Part shown: piece after piece, positions 1-6,951 of the stretch | Layout: every line of letters begins with the position of its first letter | Numbering within the stretch: position 1 is the first letter of the stretch | DNA from: Breznakia blatticola | GTDB taxonomy: Bacteria; Bacillota_I; Bacilli_A; Erysipelotrichales; Erysipelotrichaceae | DNA length: 32,000 bases | Assembly (NCBI RefSeq): GCF_004365815.1 | Contig: NZ_SODD01000009.1 | Span: 1-32,000, forward strand | Direction: 5' to 3' | Notes under the pieces: generated by a model | What the model saw: the letters and a program-made list of their open reading frames with translations, nothing else | Databases searched by the model: none | Told to the model about the DNA's origin: nothing | Position numbers and translations under genes: made by a program

Positions 1-108
1 GTTACCTTCCTTATTTTTATATGGTAATCTTACATTTCAATGTATCATCATACATGTAACAATCTAAGTTAGGTGCGCATCGGTTGAATTAAGCCTAAAA
101 ATTTTCTA

Positions 109-117
109 TGATATAAT
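109..117 (+). promoter_or_regulatory. Extended -10 promoter (TGaTATAAT) positioned to start transcription at or next to the ATG of the first Rrf2 gene; leaderless mRNA candidate
   Basis: TG at 109-110 and TATAAT at 112-117. The ATG at 124 lies 7 nt after the -10 element. There is no Shine-Dalgarno-like purine run in 110-123. Confidence 0.5.
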
Positions 118-123
118 TCTCAT

Positions 124-552
124 ATGAAGATAAGTAAAAGAGGAGTATATGCCGTAGAATGCCTGGTCTACTTGGCAAATGAAGAAAAAAGTATGTCGAT
201 TGCCGACATTGCAGATAAACGAAATTGTTCAGCTAAATTTCTTGAACACATTTTCCGAGACTTGAAAAGTGCGAACATACTTATAAGTAAACGTGGGAAA
301 ACTGGAGGATATATGTTGGCTCGCCCATCAAGTGAAATATCCTGTAAAGATATTGTAATGGCAGTCGAGCAAAATATTGAAATTGTTCATTGTGTGTCTG
401 GGTACTGTGCCCAGCAAGAACATTGTATGACAAGCAGTTTATGGAAACGAACACAAGACCAACTCTATCGTTCACTTGAAAATATCACGATTAAGAGTTT
501 AGTTGATTCGTATAGGGAGGAGGTTTCTCATGAAACTAACTACCAAATCTAG
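124..552 (+). CDS. Rrf2 family transcriptional regulator with a C-terminal Cys cluster (possible Fe-S sensor)
   Basis: N-terminus MKISKRGVYAVECLVYL plus the winged-helix motif KRGKTGGYMLARP is typical of Rrf2. HCVSGYCAQQEHC gives CX4CX5C at the position of the IscR/NsrR cluster ligands. Confidence 0.85.
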   Translation: MKISKRGVYAVECLVYLANEEKSMSIADIADKRNCSAKFLEHIFRDLKSANILISKRGKTGGYMLARPSSEISCKDIVMAVEQNIEIVHCVSGYCAQQEHCMTSSLWKRTQDQLYRSLENITIKSLVDSYREEVSHETNYQI

Positions 553-1009
553 ATATGCAGTACGTGTATTGGTGGGTTGTGCAATATTTGAGGATCGAGG
601 TTTGATTACTGTTAAAAATGCAAGTCGCCACTTACAACTATCTCCTAAGTATATTGAAACGATATTTATTGAGTTAAAAAAGGCAAATTATATAACAAGT
701 GTTCGTGGACATAGAGGAGGATACAAATTAGCACTTCGACCTGAAGATATTACTATCTACAGTGTCATTATGGCAATGGAACCAATTGATGGACTTGCCC
801 CTCGTCGTGATAATCCTGATGCTTTATCAAGATTTGTATATCGTGAGGTATGGTATCGCGCAGGTGCAGAATTAAAAATGTTTTTAAATGATATTTCAAT
901 TGCGGATTTAATTGAAGAAAAAGGTGGTATTGAAGAAATTAAGAAAACAGATTGGTATAAGGATTACAATAAAGAAGAACTCGAAGAAAAAAGAAACCTA
1001 GGATTGTAG
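530..1009 (+). CDS. Rrf2 family transcriptional regulator, cluster-less paralog
   Basis: MKLTTKSRYAVRVLV and VRGHRGGYKLALRP are Rrf2 motifs. A strong SD (GGGAGGAGG, 514-522) precedes the ATG at 530, so the ORF-track start at 503 is rejected. It overlaps the upstream Rrf2 gene by 23 nt. It has no Cys triad. Confidence 0.85.
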   Translation: MKLTTKSRYAVRVLVGCAIFEDRGLITVKNASRHLQLSPKYIETIFIELKKANYITSVRGHRGGYKLALRPEDITIYSVIMAMEPIDGLAPRRDNPDALSRFVYREVWYRAGAELKMFLNDISIADLIEEKGGIEEIKKTDWYKDYNKEELEEKRNLGL

Positions 1010-1022
1010 GTTTCTTTCTTTT
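991..1022. terminator. Bidirectional rho-independent terminator between convergent genes
   Basis: Perfect 9-bp stem AAGAAACCT (991-999) / AGGTTTCTT (1008-1016) with an 8-nt loop. It is flanked by an A-run upstream and a T-rich run downstream. Confidence 0.75.
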
Positions 1023-1638
1023 ATTGTGGCAATGGCTTGTAATTATTGACCTTCCAAAACTCAAAATCATGACGTGTTTTAAAATAGGTACGATCAATAC
1101 AAATCTTCGTTTCGCACTTTTTAGGAATGGTACCTTTATAAATCCAATAGTTAGCTGCATCAGGAAAATGAACTTCCTTAATCGCCTCTACTGGAATGGT
1201 CTCGTAACAAAGTATTTTGGATTGTACAGTTGTTGGATACTTGTCATCAAGTTCCATTTCTTTCCTACTTTTTTGGTCGCTGACTTCATCAAACAAAGAC
1301 AAAAAGCCTGCTTTTCCATGGCGTAGTTCACTTCCCTTTAATGGTGAATACGCACATGCATCATAGTTAATCATCTGGGCATCAATTTTTAAGATGATCC
1401 ATGGTAAATTGTGTTGACGAAAACGAATTGCATTAAATTGTGTATAATCTGGAAATTCTATCGTTAATGCTACGGCATCGTGATATTTACGACTACGTAA
1501 ATTAAATGTAGAGTCAATGCCACGCTCAATCAATTCTGTCCGTGGTATCAAACCATAACGAAAAATATTATATAGATTTTCAGCATTTGTAAAATGGATT
1601 AAGTATTCTATCTTTTTCTGTTTTAGTATCTCTTTCAT
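1021..1638 (-). CDS. DarT-like (DUF4433) putative ADP-ribosyltransferase-fold protein; orphan, no DarG
   Basis: YLIHFTNAENLYNIFRYGLIPR, YHDAVALTIEF and QSKILCYETIPVEAIKEV align with the DarT motifs hxHxTxxxNLxxILxxGL, LHDYVPFYF and QAExLxxxxxPxExIxxI as I remember them. SD AGAGGGGGA lies upstream of the ATG at 1638. Confidence 0.55.
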   Translation of the reverse strand: MKEILKQKKIEYLIHFTNAENLYNIFRYGLIPRTELIERGIDSTFNLRSRKYHDAVALTIEFPDYTQFNAIRFRQHNLPWIILKIDAQMINYDACAYSPLKGSELRHGKAGFLSLFDEVSDQKSRKEMELDDKYPTTVQSKILCYETIPVEAIKEVHFPDAANYWIYKGTIPKKCETKICIDRTYFKTRHDFEFWKVNNYKPLPQ

Positions 1639-1753
1639 GGTATCCCCCTCTAGCGTTCATAAGTAAATTATACTTGAAAACGCTTACAGTTAATAGCCAG
1701 AAAAACTGAAAGTTTCACTATTTCTTACATTTATTTTCATCATTTTTTCATAA

Positions 1754-1781
1754 GAAAAACAAGCACAAATTTATGCCTGTT
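1754..1781 (-). terminator. Rho-independent terminator after the transglutaminase-like gene
   Basis: On the minus strand, AACAGGCA-loop-TGCTTGTT (one G-U pair) is followed by TTTTTC. It overlaps the stop codon at 1781-1783. Confidence 0.55.
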
Positions 1782-2377
1782 TATAGTTCTTGTAGCATGT
1801 GAAATTTATAGAAATCGATCATATTACGTGCATTTGCTAGTGGATTCATAACACGTGGTAAGGGCTCAGCATATACTTCTTGATAGTCTACTTCCCCATA
1901 AGCATCACGAACTTGAAATGCTAATACTTCTTCTTCAAGATTTAGTGCTGCATGAATTGATTCATTATTACCTCGTGCATCCATGCGGATCCAACGATTC
2001 TCATAATAAAATGCATTAAGTGCATGAATACAATATCCCTTTTCAGGTGTATCTTGAATGGTTAAGCGTTGGTAACAAATTCCACAAGGAATGCGTTTTG
2101 CGCGTAGTAATGCAGCTAATAGGTTTGATTTAGATAAGCAAACACCAACACCTTCAAGTAAAACATCACTTGCCTTTATCGTAATTCGCTTGTCTTGTAC
2201 ATCCCATGAATGTGCAATTTCATCACGGACGAACTCAAAACATCGCTTGATGTAATCAAGTGTTGTACTACTTTCTTGATCCAATTGCTGGACCAATTTC
2301 ATAATATTTGGATGCTTGTAATCAATAAAACTCGTACACTTTAAGTAAGCTTGTAAATTATCTTCGACTGGTTTCAT
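1781..2377 (-). CDS. Transglutaminase-like superfamily protein (putative Cys protease fold)
   Basis: GVGVCLSKSNLLAALLRAKRIPCG, then HALNAFYYENRWIRMDARGN, gives the Cys/His/Asp arrangement of transglutaminase-core domains. SD GAGGAG lies upstream. Confidence 0.7.
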   Translation of the reverse strand: MKPVEDNLQAYLKCTSFIDYKHPNIMKLVQQLDQESSTTLDYIKRCFEFVRDEIAHSWDVQDKRITIKASDVLLEGVGVCLSKSNLLAALLRAKRIPCGICYQRLTIQDTPEKGYCIHALNAFYYENRWIRMDARGNNESIHAALNLEEEVLAFQVRDAYGEVDYQEVYAEPLPRVMNPLANARNMIDFYKFHMLQEL

Positions 2378-2594
2378 AGGCTCCTCATCTTGGGTAAGAT
2401 TTCCCCACTTGTCACGGAATTTAATTGTTATATAATACGTTATTGTTCTTTTCTTTTTTCATTGTAGCAAACTTCATATCACTTGAACATTGAAATACAC
2501 AAAAGTTCATAATAAATTCACAAAGCGTATGTATCTATCTTGATTCAGAAAGTGTAAATAAAAAGCATACATTCGTTTGCATGCTTTTCGCAAA

Positions 2595-3155
2595 TTACAT
2601 CGGTTTTAAGTTTTTTTCTAAACGTTCAATCATCCATTGAAGTCTTTTTCTTTTACCATCATCTGTTTTTGCGGCAAAATATGCACGTGTATATGTCTTC
2701 TTTACAGATGGTGACATATTCATAAAATTGGTATATGCAAGTTCGTTTGTTTGTAGTAGGTTTTGAACTTCGCAAATTGCATCATCATCCACAACACTTG
2801 GTTTTTTTGCTGCTTCCCACATACCGTTTTGCTTTGCCTCTTCTATTTTAGCAAGACCTAGTTCAGTGACTAGATTACGTGCAAGTAAGTCCTCAACCAA
2901 TTTCTTATTTCTAAGTGACCATTTACTATTCTTTCTACGTTGTGAAAAGTACTTTATGTAACTATTTTGATCAATTTTCTTCATAACTCCATCAATCCAA
3001 CCAAAGCATAATGCTTCTTCAAGCGCTTCATTTGCACTTAGTGTTTGGATATCTTTAGTTTTGGAAAAAAGTAGATATACACCTTCACTTGTTGCTGCAT
3101 TATCTTCTAGCCACAAGCGAAACTCTGCTCTTGTTTTACATACGATTGGTTCCAT
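2595..3155 (-). CDS. YdeI/OmpD-associated family protein
   Basis: EFRLWLEDNA...GVYLLFSK...EALCFGWIDG...RRKNSKWSLRNK matches the remembered YdeI family pattern. A terminator-like hairpin lies at about 2562-2588. Confidence 0.7.
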   Translation of the reverse strand: MEPIVCKTRAEFRLWLEDNAATSEGVYLLFSKTKDIQTLSANEALEEALCFGWIDGVMKKIDQNSYIKYFSQRRKNSKWSLRNKKLVEDLLARNLVTELGLAKIEEAKQNGMWEAAKKPSVVDDDAICEVQNLLQTNELAYTNFMNMSPSVKKTYTRAYFAAKTDDGKRKRLQWMIERLEKNLKPM

Positions 3156-3213
3156 CCATTTACCTCACTATATATAAGATTATACATGAACGAAATCGTT
3201 TTGTCGAAATGGA

Positions 3214-4530
3214 TTATTTTTGCTTTTTTGTTTTATTCCTTACATTTCGCTTTGGTTTTTCTTGTTTTTTATCTTTATTTCGATAGTTTTTAGGATCCAC
3301 ACGTTTGTGTTTTTTACGTTTAGGTTTCTTAATAACATCTTCACGACGTTCTTTAACAACATTTTTCTTTTGTGGTTCTTTTTTCTTTTTCTCCGTTTTA
3401 TCAATCATTGGATATTCAATATTTTCAAGAACTTGAATTCGTTTCTTTATCAATTTCTCAATATCCTTAAGTAATGGGATTTCTTGGTACGAACAATATG
3501 AAATAGCTAAACCACTCTTCCCTGCTCGACCTGTTCGCCCAATACGGTGAACATAACTTTCTACTTGTTCAGGTAGATCATAGTTGATGACATATTTTAA
3601 ATCTTGTATATCAATACCACGTGATGCAATATCTGTCGCGATCAGTGCATCAATTTCATGATTTTTAAACAATGTTAATGCAATTTGTCGTGCATTTTGC
3701 GACTTATTGCCATGAATGGCTTTTGCGCTAATATCACGTTTTGCTAGATCACGCATCAGTTTATCCGAACCTCGTTTTGTTCGTGTAAAGATTAACACTT
3801 GTTCATGTTTATGTTGATTCATAAATTCTTTCAATAAATCAATTTTATGATTTCTGTCAACATAATAGACATATTGTTCAATACTATCAACTGTAGATGA
3901 TACAGGTGTTACTACGACTTTCTTTGGTTCATGCAATAAGGTATCTACAATTCCTTCAATTTCTTTTGGCATGGTAGCTGAAAATAGAAGTGTTTGAATA
4001 TCTTTTGGAATGTATTTAATAATCTTATGAATATCACGAATAAATCCCATATCCAGCATACGATCTGCTTCATCTAAGATAAAAATTTCAATTTGTGAGA
4101 TATCGACGAATCGTTGGTTCATTAAATCAAGTAAACGACCTGGAGTTGCAATTAGTATATCCACACCTGCCTGTAATTGTTTTACTTGTTTATTTTGATT
4201 TACACCACCAAAAATGACTGCACTTTTTAGTGGTAACTGCTTTCCATAGATTTGAAAACTTTCATAAATTTGTAATGCAAGTTCTCTTGTTGGTGTAAGA
4301 ATTAATGATTGAATTCTATGTGTCTTTACTTTCTTATGTGCAAGTTGTTGCAATGTTGGTATGGCAAAAGCAGCAGTCTTTCCACTTCCCGTTTGTGCTA
4401 AACCAAGAATATCTCTACCTTGCAATGCACTTGGTATTGTTTCTTGTTGTATTTTTGTTGGTGTTTTATATCCTTGTTTTTTTAGTACATTAACTATGGG
4501 CGTACAAATCCCTAATTCATCAAACGTCAT
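3214..4530 (-). CDS. DEAD-box ATP-dependent RNA helicase with a Lys-rich C-terminal tail
   Basis: Q-motif TPTKIQ, AQTGSGKT, PTRELA, DEAD, SAT and HRIGRTGRAG are all present. The last ~70 residues are K/R-rich and low complexity. Confidence 0.95.
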   Translation of the reverse strand: MTFDELGICTPIVNVLKKQGYKTPTKIQQETIPSALQGRDILGLAQTGSGKTAAFAIPTLQQLAHKKVKTHRIQSLILTPTRELALQIYESFQIYGKQLPLKSAVIFGGVNQNKQVKQLQAGVDILIATPGRLLDLMNQRFVDISQIEIFILDEADRMLDMGFIRDIHKIIKYIPKDIQTLLFSATMPKEIEGIVDTLLHEPKKVVVTPVSSTVDSIEQYVYYVDRNHKIDLLKEFMNQHKHEQVLIFTRTKRGSDKLMRDLAKRDISAKAIHGNKSQNARQIALTLFKNHEIDALIATDIASRGIDIQDLKYVINYDLPEQVESYVHRIGRTGRAGKSGLAISYCSYQEIPLLKDIEKLIKKRIQVLENIEYPMIDKTEKKKKEPQKKNVVKERREDVIKKPKRKKHKRVDPKNYRNKDKKQEKPKRNVRNKTKKQK

Positions 4531-4663
4531 GGCTTACCTATTCTTTCTCACATCCACCAATGGTTTGATTTTTGTGTTTATTTTTTTTCTAAGCTAGTGG
4601 ATAATACCACATTCTAACAAAACTGTCCATTTATTTATCGATTGGACGATTCTAGCATTTACC

Positions 4664-5203
4664 TTACTTCTTTAAGATATTACGTATGGTATTCGCTGTA
4701 CGTATGGTAATTTTACTTGCTATTTCACTTGATGCGGTCTTTTTCCACCAGGTGCTTTTATTGTATTCTTTTCTAGAAAATGACCAAAAGACTACTTGAT
4801 CATAGTGTTCCACTTTTTCAATTGCATCGTTTGGATCTCCAACTTCTTGATAAAAGAAATCATATGAAATATCAGGAAATAAGCAAATGAGATTATCATA
4901 TATACTTTTATCATCATTTCCCCACCATTCTGGTGCGTGTTGAAGTTTATTCTCAAGATCTTCAAGTGCAATCACAAGTACAGGTATCTCTAATGCTAAA
5001 TGATCTTTGATACTTATTGAAATGGCTTCTTGCATAGCAAGATGATCAGTTTCTTCAGTTGAAAATATAACATTTCCACTATTTAGATATGTACATACAT
5101 CTATAAATCCTAATTCTTGCATATACTGTGTCAAATCTTTCATGGAAATCTTATTTCTCCCACCTACATTAATTCCTCTTAATAATGCTACATATCGTTT
5201 CAT
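4664..5203 (-). CDS. DUF1697 domain-containing protein
   Basis: N-terminus MKRYVALLRGINVGGRNKISMKDL is the hallmark of DUF1697. SD AAGGAGA lies upstream. Confidence 0.8.
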   Translation of the reverse strand: MKRYVALLRGINVGGRNKISMKDLTQYMQELGFIDVCTYLNSGNVIFSTEETDHLAMQEAISISIKDHLALEIPVLVIALEDLENKLQHAPEWWGNDDKSIYDNLICLFPDISYDFFYQEVGDPNDAIEKVEHYDQVVFWSFSRKEYNKSTWWKKTASSEIASKITIRTANTIRNILKK

Positions 5204-5222
5204 CCTTGTCTCCTTATGAAAT

Positions 5223-5247
5223 AAAGGTGCCCAATAGTTGCACCTTT
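5223..5247 (-). terminator. Intercistronic hairpin (terminator or attenuator-like) between the 99-aa gene and the DUF1697 gene
   Basis: Perfect 8-bp stem AAAGGTGC / GCACCTTT with a 9-nt loop. On the minus strand it is followed by TTATTTC. Confidence 0.45.
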
Positions 5248-5255
5248 TCTATTAC

Positions 5256-5555
5256 TTATAATTGCTCGTGATACAAAACTTCTTTTCCTATTTGTTTTGC
5301 GTATGTGATTTCTTCTTTTGTTGTGTGACCGATATAACCTTGGATATTCACAACATAAATCGCATCACAAATTTCGATTTTTCGTTTATGTATATTGTTT
5401 AGTGTAAGTATTTTATTTTCACTTAATTTTGTGTTTGAATCAACATACACACATTGAATAACTACATACTTATGTTGTAATTCAAGATTGGCAGCTATAT
5501 CTCTCATTTGTGAAGCAAATTTCATACTTCCACAAATAGTAACAACTTTCATCAT
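5256..5555 (-). CDS. Hypothetical small protein, possibly nucleoside 2-deoxyribosyltransferase-like fold
   Basis: The pattern VTICGSMKF...HKRKIEICDAIYVVN..GYIGHTTKEEITYAKQIGKEV resembles small Rossmann-like proteins I recall being annotated this way. Function is not established. Confidence 0.35.
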   Translation of the reverse strand: MMKVVTICGSMKFASQMRDIAANLELQHKYVVIQCVYVDSNTKLSENKILTLNNIHKRKIEICDAIYVVNIQGYIGHTTKEEITYAKQIGKEVLYHEQL

Positions 5556-5559
5556 CGTT

Positions 5560-6024
5560 TTAGCTTTCCAATAACGTAATTAAGTCCGGTATTGAGACAT
5601 CCATTCGTACAGAGGTTTCTTCCATACTCATTCCTGAATCAAGAAAACGTTGAATTGTAATTTTCATCTTTTCACCAACTTCGATAATATGTCCATCCAA
5701 ATCATAGAAACGAACATAGCGTTGACCCCAACGCGCTTCCATTGGACAACTTCCAATATATTCAATGTCATTTCTTGTTTGTAGTTTATGGATAAAACCA
5801 TCTAAGTCTTCTTCTTCAAAGTACAATTCCATATTATTTGATTTGACTTTGATTTGATCTTTAGGCATTCCAATTAACCAATCGAATTCTTGTTGTAAAG
5901 AAACACCACCAAATGTAATATTAATTCCATAATCTTGCTGTACTTCTAAGCCAAAGACTTCTTCATAAAATGTACGCGCTTTATTGATGTCTTTTACTGA
6001 AAGACATACTCCTTCGTATTTCAT
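5560..6024 (-). CDS. VOC (glyoxalase/bleomycin-resistance/dioxygenase) family protein with a short C-terminal helix-turn-helix-like tail
   Basis: VCLSVKDINKARTFYEEVFGL...YVRFYDLDGHIIEV is VOC-like. The ATG at 6024 is preceded by a GGGGGG SD, so the track's 23-codon N-terminal extension is rejected. The tail reads QRFLDSGMSMEETSVRMDVSIPDLITLL. Confidence 0.8.
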   Translation of the reverse strand: MKYEGVCLSVKDINKARTFYEEVFGLEVQQDYGINITFGGVSLQQEFDWLIGMPKDQIKVKSNNMELYFEEEDLDGFIHKLQTRNDIEYIGSCPMEARWGQRYVRFYDLDGHIIEVGEKMKITIQRFLDSGMSMEETSVRMDVSIPDLITLLES

Positions 6025-6096
6025 ATAAACTACCCCCCTACGTATGTATTTATTATGCCATTGAAATGACAAGATGCAAAGTATATTTATCAATAT

Positions 6097-6261
6097 CTAC
6101 TGAATTGTAGTTAGTTGTTGTACAAATTCTTCATAGGTGATATCACCTAAAACCAAACGTTTACTTAGACAGAAGATCTTTTCACTTTTCAAATATTCTT
6201 TTGCTTCTAGTTCACGTAAACAAAGTTCTCCATTCGCTAGTGGTTGTAAAACTCTATACAC
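6097..6261 (-). CDS. Candidate small ORF (54 aa, GTG start), unknown function
   Basis: Hand-translated as VYRVLQPLANGELCLRELEAKEYLKSEKIFCLSKRLVLGDITYEEFVQQLTTIQ. AAGGAG lies 8 nt upstream of the GTG. It is below the ORF-track length cutoff and I recognise no homology. Confidence 0.25.
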   Translation of the reverse strand: MYRVLQPLANGELCLRELEAKEYLKSEKIFCLSKRLVLGDITYEEFVQQLTTIQ

Positions 6262-6309
6262 ATATAAAACTCCTTTACTATGATATGTATCATATCACAA
6301 AACATGAAT

Positions 6310-6337
6310 GAGAAAAGAGCTGACGCACTGCGCCAGC
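6310..6337 (-). terminator. Rho-independent terminator of the TrmO-like gene
   Basis: On the minus strand, the GC-rich stem GCTGGCGC-agt-GCGTCAGC (one G-U pair) is followed by TCTTTTCTC. Confidence 0.7.
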
Positions 6338-6399
6338 ATAGCTATTTCGTAGTTAAACAATTCAGCAAACTACCATTTTAAAATCTATACATAACTTTA

Positions 6400-6876
6400 C
6401 TAGAAATTAAACTCGTTTTCCCAATCGAATGCACCTGAACTTTCTATATTCTTTGGCCAATGACTACACCAGTTTGGCATGGATGGAGATTCTACTCGAT
6501 CAATACTTGGTGTATATGGTTTTATGTCAAGAAGTGGTGTTTGATCATGTGCATCGATGTATGGAATATGAATCACTCCTTTTTCCATATCAATATGCAA
6601 TACATCTACAACCGTCACTGCAATCGGGTTTGGACGAACTGGTGAACGTGTCGCAAAAATACCCATCACTTCTGGTGCATTCTTATAGGGTTGCTTTGTT
6701 TCTAATACTTCACGATATGTTGGTTCATCAAAATCGCTAGCCCACCAAAGAACGTTGATGTGGCTAAACCCTTCTAATGCTTGAAGTGCTGGTATATACG
6801 CTTTATCAAGTGCTATATATACACCTTCATTTGAATTACAGATTTTTCCAATTGATTTTACATTAAATGTTGTCAT
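6400..6876 (-). CDS. trmO: TsaA/TrmO-like (UPF0066/YaeB) SAM-dependent methyltransferase, short single-domain form
   Basis: GIFATRSPVRPNPIAVTVV...IDAHDQTPLLDIKPYTP is the conserved TsaA/YaeB core. At 158 aa it lacks the C-terminal extension of the E. coli protein. Confidence 0.8.
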   Translation of the reverse strand: MTTFNVKSIGKICNSNEGVYIALDKAYIPALQALEGFSHINVLWWASDFDEPTYREVLETKQPYKNAPEVMGIFATRSPVRPNPIAVTVVDVLHIDMEKGVIHIPYIDAHDQTPLLDIKPYTPSIDRVESPSMPNWCSHWPKNIESSGAFDWENEFNF

Positions 6877-6907
6877 AAATTACCTCCGTGTATCTATCTG
6901 TACATAC

Positions 6908-6938
6908 ACTCTAAACCCTCACATCATGTGAGAGTCAA
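6908..6938 (-). promoter_or_regulatory. MerR-type promoter: -35 TTGACT, 19-bp spacer containing an inverted repeat, -10 TAGAGT
   Basis: The minus strand reads TTGACT-ctcacatgatgtgagggtt-TAGAGT. The spacer is 19 nt and contains CTCACA-tga-TGTGAG. It sits between the MerR gene stop (6952) and the TrmO-like start (6876). Confidence 0.6.
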
Positions 6939-6951
6939 GCATAATTTAACA

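Noticed and set aside
503-529. N-terminal extensions offered by the ORF track here, and also at 6025-6093, 7771-7794, 9276-9317, 12598-12609, 23445-23462 and 30240-30248
   Set aside because: In each case an internal ATG is preceded by a strong SD at 6-9 nt and gives the canonical family N-terminus. The extension codons lack an SD. For the MerR gene they also lie upstream of the predicted transcription start.
1021-2377. DarT-like gene plus the upstream transglutaminase-like gene as a two-gene toxin-antitoxin or defence operon
   Set aside because: A terminator (1754-1781) and a separate promoter-like region lie between them. The transglutaminase-like protein has no macrodomain or other known DarG feature. 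The pairing is unsupported.
3220-4597. Several 62-84-aa plus-strand ORFs opposite the DEAD-box helicase gene
   Set aside because: They are antisense to a gene with all the helicase motifs. The translations are Phe/Leu/Ile-rich nonsense typical of AT-rich antisense frames.
6918-6932. The CTCACA-tca-TGTGAG hairpin as the terminator of the MerR gene
   Set aside because: The stem is only 6 bp with a 3-nt loop and has no downstream T-tract. Its position inside a 19-bp spacer between good -35 and -10 hexamers fits a MerR operator much better.
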